A DNA stretch of 56,366 bases, taken from Aquificaceae bacterium (GTDB lineage Bacteria > Aquificota > Aquificia > Aquificales > Aquificaceae). The DNA is taken from NCBI GenBank assembly GCA_037925805.1, contig JAXSOH010000001.1, positions 27,748 through 84,113 of the forward strand, written 5' to 3'. Shown in pieces: positions 52,031 to 56,366 of the stretch (its first letter is position 1; every line of letters starts with the position of its first letter). The position numbers were made by a program, and so were the translations under genes. Under the pieces are notes generated by a model, which saw only the letters and a list, made by a program, of their open reading frames with translations, had not been told where the DNA came from and did not search any database.

Positions 52031-52440
52031 GAGTCCCAGCTGGAAGAACCCCAGCTATTCCAGGAAGAGCTACCACTGTCCCAGTCATTGGAGGAATTCC
52101 ACCAATTGTCGTTGCTTGAGTCCCAATGGTTGTTAAAGACATGATACATAGGGCATGATGGGTCCCACATGGCACGGGAAATATCGCAGTCATCGTGGCT
52201 GTCCCACCTTCTTGTGGTGTCGTTGTCAAGGAATGAGTGGCTGTCCCGAAGTTTTCTGTCTTCATCCTCAAGAGGGCTATGAGAGTCTAAGGAGCTCGTG
52301 TTTGCTGGGCTGGTGTTTTCCCACTGCTCTGAAGGGTTAGAAGTCCCAGGGTGCACGTTAGAAGAGAAGGCTTCGTCGTTGGCATCTTTTATCTTCCAGA
52401 GGAGAAAGAGGACTGCCAGCAGTAAAAGTATCCATTCCAT
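52027..52440 (-). CDS. Hypothetical protein: N-terminal membrane anchor plus low-complexity S/D/N/W-rich tail
   Basis: Strong SD AGGAGGTGA; MEWILLLLAVLFLLWK anchor; repeated W-[DN]-S; stop overlaps the cas6 stop. Confidence 0.75.
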   Translation of the reverse strand: MEWILLLLAVLFLLWKIKDANDEAFSSNVHPGTSNPSEQWENTSPANTSSLDSHSPLEDEDRKLRDSHSFLDNDTTRRWDSHDDCDISRAMWDPSCPMYHVFNNHWDSSNDNWWNSSNDWDSGSSSWNSWGSSSWDS

Positions 52441-52456
52441 AGCTCACCTCCTATCT

Positions 52457-52543
52457 CTAAGAGTTTGGAAAGGCTTCATCGTTGGATTTTTTAATTCTCC
52501 ATATAAGAAAGGCAAGCACCAAAGCCAAAACTAACCACTCCAT
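52457..52543 (-). CDS. 28-aa membrane peptide MEWLVLALVLAFLIWRIKKSNDEAFPNS, paralog of the N-terminus of the downstream gene
   Basis: Translated by hand; ATG lies 2 nt after the calpL stop with SD GGAGG; aligns without gaps to MEWILLLLAVLFLLWKIKDANDEAFSSN. Confidence 0.7.
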   Translation of the reverse strand: MEWLVLALVLAFLIWRIKKSNDEAFPNS

Positions 52544-52545
52544 AG

Positions 52546-54012
52546 CTACCCTCCCATAGTTATAATGTATCCTCCCTCTCGCAAACTTCTTAGAAACTCA
52601 AGGTCAAGCACCCGCTCGTAGGTTCTGTCTTTGCTACTGTAGTTGTATATGTATCCCTTGTCGTAGTGTCCAAAGGCTACACCAAAAAGATATGCCAAAG
52701 CGACAGGGCAGGAAAAGAAAAAGTGAATTGCCTTATAGGCTTTCTTACCCTTTACCTCTTGCACCGCAGAGGAGACTTCTTGAGCTATCCTCTTGAAAGT
52801 GCTCGGCTCAAGGTTTCCCCTATAGGACTCTGTGGTAAGGAGCAAAAGGTCCGCAAGAATGCCCTTGCTCTCTAAGAAATGCTCCACGTCCGCAGTGGGA
52901 TTGTGGTGGGAGAAAAAGAGGACTACCGCAAGGTCTTCTCCACCTTCTTTTAGTTCACTTTTCACAAATTGGTAGTCCCTTGTGTGCTCCTTTATCTCCC
53001 TTGTGTTTTGTAGGTCAATGGGAAAGTATTTTCTCTCACTGCTATGGTAATGGTAGAAAACAGAGGGTCTTGTGTGTCCGTAGAGAATTCCCAAGGCAAA
53101 GGAAAGGCTCGCAGGTCCGTTTACCGCAATATGAGCTTTTAGCCTACCTATTAGGGTATAGTCAAGGATGCTTATGAGCCCAAAAAACCTTTTTGCAGTT
53201 TCCTGCCATCCGATACCGCTTAGCTGACTTGTTTGTATGACAAGTTTTGCTGGGTCTATGCGATGGATATTTTTTAAGTTTAGTAGGTTTTCCTCCTTAT
53301 GGAAAAACTCCTCAAGCCTTAGGTGGTCAATGGAAACCGCCACAGGAACTTCCACAATATTTGCACTTAGCCAATTCAAAAGGTCATCCACCTTAGGAAG
53401 ATGAAAGGGCATAGCCAAGTGCATATTGAACCTTTCACACACCTCAGACTTTTTATCCAAAGAGTCCACCTTCACTATGCTACCATCCTTTCTAACTCCA
53501 CCGCTCCAACAGAGGTTTGGTGGTAGCCTTTTCTTTTCCGCATCCATACACAAAGCCAAGGTCAAAGAAAGTTGAAAGCTATTTCCCACAAACTCACTGT
53601 CAAAGATAACACTAACAGACCCAGACACAAAGCCTTTGGAACGCAGATATTCCACCACTGGAGTGATATACCTTTTCTTTTCTGGTAGGTTGCAAAAGAC
53701 CTCTGGTGTATCCTTTATTGCCAGACCCCTTATTAGCTTGCCATCCCTTTCAGAGACCGCAGGAAACTCAAACTCCACATAGGGATTTTCCAAAAGTGCC
53801 TTTGCGACCGCCTTTTTTATACCCAAAGCCTTGGCAAGTTTTTCCTCATCAAAATACCTTTCAGAAAGGCGTAGATACTTTACCAAAGCAAAATGCACCC
53901 CAGGGCTTAGATAATCCCACTGCCTTATAAGGTCTACAAGGACTTCTTCCAAGTCTCCCCTGTAGAGAAACTCTATAAGGTCTTTTTCCTTGAAAAGGCT
54001 AAAGTTCCACAA
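52546..54012 (-). CDS. calpL: CalpL-like cyclic-oligoadenylate-activated Lon protease-SAVED fusion
   Basis: Lon-type dyad: GNS145F...K188, 43 residues apart, with the SGGV.KDG.I.KV segment. C-terminal SAVED motifs (IHFFFSCPVALAYLFG, YIYNY). TTG start with GGAGG SD; type III context. Confidence 0.88.
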   Translation of the reverse strand: MWNFSLFKEKDLIEFLYRGDLEEVLVDLIRQWDYLSPGVHFALVKYLRLSERYFDEEKLAKALGIKKAVAKALLENPYVEFEFPAVSERDGKLIRGLAIKDTPEVFCNLPEKKRYITPVVEYLRSKGFVSGSVSVIFDSEFVGNSFQLSLTLALCMDAEKKRLPPNLCWSGGVRKDGSIVKVDSLDKKSEVCERFNMHLAMPFHLPKVDDLLNWLSANIVEVPVAVSIDHLRLEEFFHKEENLLNLKNIHRIDPAKLVIQTSQLSGIGWQETAKRFFGLISILDYTLIGRLKAHIAVNGPASLSFALGILYGHTRPSVFYHYHSSERKYFPIDLQNTREIKEHTRDYQFVKSELKEGGEDLAVVLFFSHHNPTADVEHFLESKGILADLLLLTTESYRGNLEPSTFKRIAQEVSSAVQEVKGKKAYKAIHFFFSCPVALAYLFGVAFGHYDKGYIYNYSSKDRTYERVLDLEFLRSLREGGYIITMGG

Positions 54013-54772
54013 CCTTTAATTCCTCCGGAATGTTTATTCCAAAGAAGTTTCCAAGAATCTCCAACCTTGGAGACTCCACCTCACCCTCAAAGACCACCAC
54101 AGAACCCAAAAGCACCCTAACAACCTTACCCACAAACTCTATAGGCAAGTATAGCCTTAGCAAACCCTCCTCCAAAACCACAAAGAAATTCCCTACTTTG
54201 AAGTATCTATTATCCGCTGCGAGAGCATAAGTGCGTATCTCTTCAAGAGCCTTTTCTGTATCTGGTGAAAGCCTTATAACTTGCGCCTCTTCTCTTTCTG
54301 CAAGCTCCGCCTGAGCCAACAATGAATACATAGTCCACTTTGCCCAACGCTTAGAATTGAGTTTGATGAACCTTCTCGTGGCAAACTTTAGCTCCTTTTC
54401 CTTTGACAGGTATTCTTCTATTTTGCTTAGCTCCTCTTCAGGCAGTTTACCTATGACCTGACTGTAGTTTTCTATAAGCTCCCTTCTTAAATAATCCCAT
54501 ACTGGAACCACACCCAGTTTAAGCCCACGAGACCTTAGCTCGTAAATAGGCGTGGAGTTAGGTAAAACCTGCAAATAGGAAGTGAGAGGAACTGTTTTGT
54601 ATAGACCCTCTTGGACTTCTTGCAAAATAACAAACCTCTCTACAGGCACAGACCACAACTCCCTTATCTGCCCCACTTTCGGCTCCTTTTTATGAGGAAC
54701 TTCCAGAAGCTCATTGCTCCCTTCCTTCAAGTTCTTCTCGTATATCTCCAAAAGCTCCAATTCCAAACTCAT
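53999..54772 (-). CDS. calpT: CalpT-like anti-sigma factor / protease substrate
   Basis: Lies between the sigma factor and Lon-SAVED genes; MazF-fold-like N-terminus (PKVGQI...VPLTSY) and small beta-rich C-terminal domain. Confidence 0.8.
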   Translation of the reverse strand: MSLELELLEIYEKNLKEGSNELLEVPHKKEPKVGQIRELWSVPVERFVILQEVQEGLYKTVPLTSYLQVLPNSTPIYELRSRGLKLGVVPVWDYLRRELIENYSQVIGKLPEEELSKIEEYLSKEKELKFATRRFIKLNSKRWAKWTMYSLLAQAELAEREEAQVIRLSPDTEKALEEIRTYALAADNRYFKVGNFFVVLEEGLLRLYLPIEFVGKVVRVLLGSVVVFEGEVESPRLEILGNFFGINIPEELKVVEL

Positions 54773-55434
54773 GGCACGTCTCCTCTTTCATTACATATAT
54801 AACCCCTTTTTTGACAAACCTCTGACAAAAACCTTTCCACCATCGCCCTTATCTCCTCTGGAGAGGCATCACCTAAGATATCCTTCAGTTTACCCTTCCG
54901 TAGCCTTTCCCACCTCTTATATAGGTTATCCTTAGAAATATCCCTCAGTTCTATCTCCGAGTTATATAGATACTTATAAAAGTAATAGCATAGCACTACC
55001 ATATCTCCGTCTTTGAGATTTTTCATAAGTGTCTCAAAAAGCGTGCTACCCTCCACCTCCGCAAAGTGATGTCTCGTATCCCTGAGGTTATCTTCATAAA
55101 CTACAGGCTTTGCATCCTCCTCTTCAAAAACCTGTTCTTGAAGGCTGTAAACCTCTATCTTTTCACCGTTTATAATGTCTACTAAGAAGTTTCTTATGAG
55201 GGTTTTCAAGTAATGCAGGTTTATATACTCTAACCTCTGCAGATAGTCTTTGTTGTTTATTAGCCTAAGCCTCAGCTCAGATAGGACTTCCTCCTCGTAG
55301 TCATCTCCGAATTTTCTCCTTAGCAAGGCGTCCATATACTGGCTCAATAAGGACCTTATTAGTTTTTTCATATAGTTCTCTTCTTTTGCACCGCCATATA
55401 AAAAGCCAGAGATAAGTTGTTTGTAGTCCTTCAT
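54769..55434 (-). CDS. calpS: CalpS-like ECF sigma factor
   Basis: Region 2-like YLKTLIRNFLVD and region 4-like ISKDNLYKRWERLR; ATGA-coupled to calpT. Confidence 0.78.
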   Translation of the reverse strand: MKDYKQLISGFLYGGAKEENYMKKLIRSLLSQYMDALLRRKFGDDYEEEVLSELRLRLINNKDYLQRLEYINLHYLKTLIRNFLVDIINGEKIEVYSLQEQVFEEEDAKPVVYEDNLRDTRHHFAEVEGSTLFETLMKNLKDGDMVVLCYYFYKYLYNSEIELRDISKDNLYKRWERLRKGKLKDILGDASPEEIRAMVERFLSEVCQKRGYICNERGDVP

Positions 55435-55883
55435 CTAAAATACTCCCTTCTTAAGCTATCAAGAAACTCAAGGTCTCTACACGTGCCACAAAATTCGTAT
55501 TTAAACTCTCTAAACCTATCCTTATGCACCATATAGGCAAGCACCTCTTGTCTGTTTCTGTCTCTTAAGATAAAGCACTCTACATCAAGGCTTTGACATG
55601 CTTTATTTTTACCCCTATAGCAAAGACTGAGGTCTACCCTGCGTTTTGAGTAGGTTTTTGTAGTTAGAAAGACAATAAGGTAAAAGTCCCTTTCAAGCCT
55701 TCCTATAAAAGGTCTTCTCCTTCTCGCCTTGTATACTCCAAGGTCTAACCTAAGAAGGTCTTCAAGCCTTGATAGTGTCTCATCGGTAAAAACTCCCAAG
55801 AACCTCTCCCCAGAAGCCACAATTTTCTCTTCGTCGCCTAACTTTTTCTCAAAGAGTTTCTCAAAACCCTTGAGCTTTTCCAT
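55431..55883 (-). CDS. Hypothetical Cys-containing protein with a PemK/MazF-like motif
   Basis: RRRRPFIG...LIVFLTTK resembles the PemK/MazF K-x-R-P...V-P-h-T-T motif; ATGA-coupled to calpS; TATAAT upstream. Confidence 0.55.
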   Translation of the reverse strand: MEKLKGFEKLFEKKLGDEEKIVASGERFLGVFTDETLSRLEDLLRLDLGVYKARRRRPFIGRLERDFYLIVFLTTKTYSKRRVDLSLCYRGKNKACQSLDVECFILRDRNRQEVLAYMVHKDRFREFKYEFCGTCRDLEFLDSLRREYFR

Positions 55884-55902
55884 TTGGTAATAAGATTATA
55901 GC

Positions 55903-56310
55903 TTAGTCCTCTTTGACTGCTACCATATCAAAGATAACTAACTGCTTTTTGTTGTTTACGTGGCACATGCGAATATCATTGTCAAAGGTCAAAGAAGAGG
56001 CTACCACGCTAAAGGTTTTAGTCCCAGCGGTTATGTCTATTAAGATTTCCTTTTCCTTGTAGCCCTGTGCCTTGAGACTTTCTATTGCTTTGTTGAAAGT
56101 TCTTTGTAGGTTCAACATATCCTCATAGTCCACTGCCTCACTAAATTCAAAAATGTGGTGTTCTATCCCTGCATTTGCCCGCATATATTCAACGAACTTC
56201 TCAGAATGTTCTGCACCTTCTGGAGAAGGAATTACTACAACTTTCTTTAACTCAGCACCTTGTTCCAAGCACTTTTTTATCAAAAATTCCTGCGGGAGTG
56301 TTTCATCCAT
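55903..56310 (-). CDS. CARF-domain protein (start uncertain; frame stays open to the window edge)
   Basis: VVVIPS, VDYED, ILIDITAGTK CARF motif II, followed by a helix and the CHV strand. Confidence 0.78.
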   Translation of the reverse strand: MDETLPQEFLIKKCLEQGAELKKVVVIPSPEGAEHSEKFVEYMRANAGIEHHIFEFSEAVDYEDMLNLQRTFNKAIESLKAQGYKEKEILIDITAGTKTFSVVASSLTFDNDIRMCHVNNKKQLVIFDMVAVKED

Positions 56311-56340
56311 TGTGTAAAAATAAAGTAAGGAGGTGTTAAC

Positions 56341-56366
56341 ATGAAACAGCCAAGCAAGGAGAAAAT
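56341..56366 (+). CDS. Possible start of a divergent gene running off the window (MKQPSKEK...)
   Basis: Near-perfect SD TAAGGAGGT 6 nt before the ATG; only 8 codons visible. Confidence 0.4.

Noticed and set aside
52005-52534. Alternative ORFs overlapping the 137-aa gene (52005-52271 -, 52155-52340 +, 52298-52534 +)
   Set aside because: They have no SD and are shadow frames; the 137-aa frame has a strong SD and a paralogous N-terminus.

Overview
The window looks like a chromosome segment from an Aquificaceae (Hydrogenobacter/Thermocrinis-like) thermophile; this is inferred from gene content and gene order. Positions 1-44 kb are mostly scattered housekeeping genes (ilvBH, pepA, pdxA, purSQM, glmU, lpxA, flgDE, flgKL, bioF, aroK, acpS, thiD, bamA, dnaK, atpC, tandem ferredoxins, sucCD) plus two tRNAs. 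They are interrupted by an IS5-family remnant, a decaying MNT-HEPN toxin-antitoxin pair, and a CcrM/HinfI-like methyltransferase + Mrr cassette wedged between sucC and sucD. Positions 44.2-56.4 kb form a defence island. It holds a type III-A CRISPR-Cas module (cas10 with intact HD and GGDD motifs, csm2-5), a 9-repeat/8-spacer array transcribed on the minus strand, and cas6. It also holds a tightly coupled minus-strand operon built around a CalpS-CalpT-CalpL module (ECF sigma, anti-sigma, SAVED-Lon protease). That known three-gene core is extended here by an upstream Cys-rich PemK/MazF-like gene, and by two downstream paralogous membrane-anchored genes: an unannotated 28-aa peptide and a 137-aa protein with a W-[D/N]-S repeat tail. 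A neighbouring CARF-domain gene sits at the window edge. The CalpT-like protein carries an internal YALAA sequence, identical to the end of the E. coli ssrA degron, at the expected cleavage position. All calls come from motif recognition by eye; no database searches were run.
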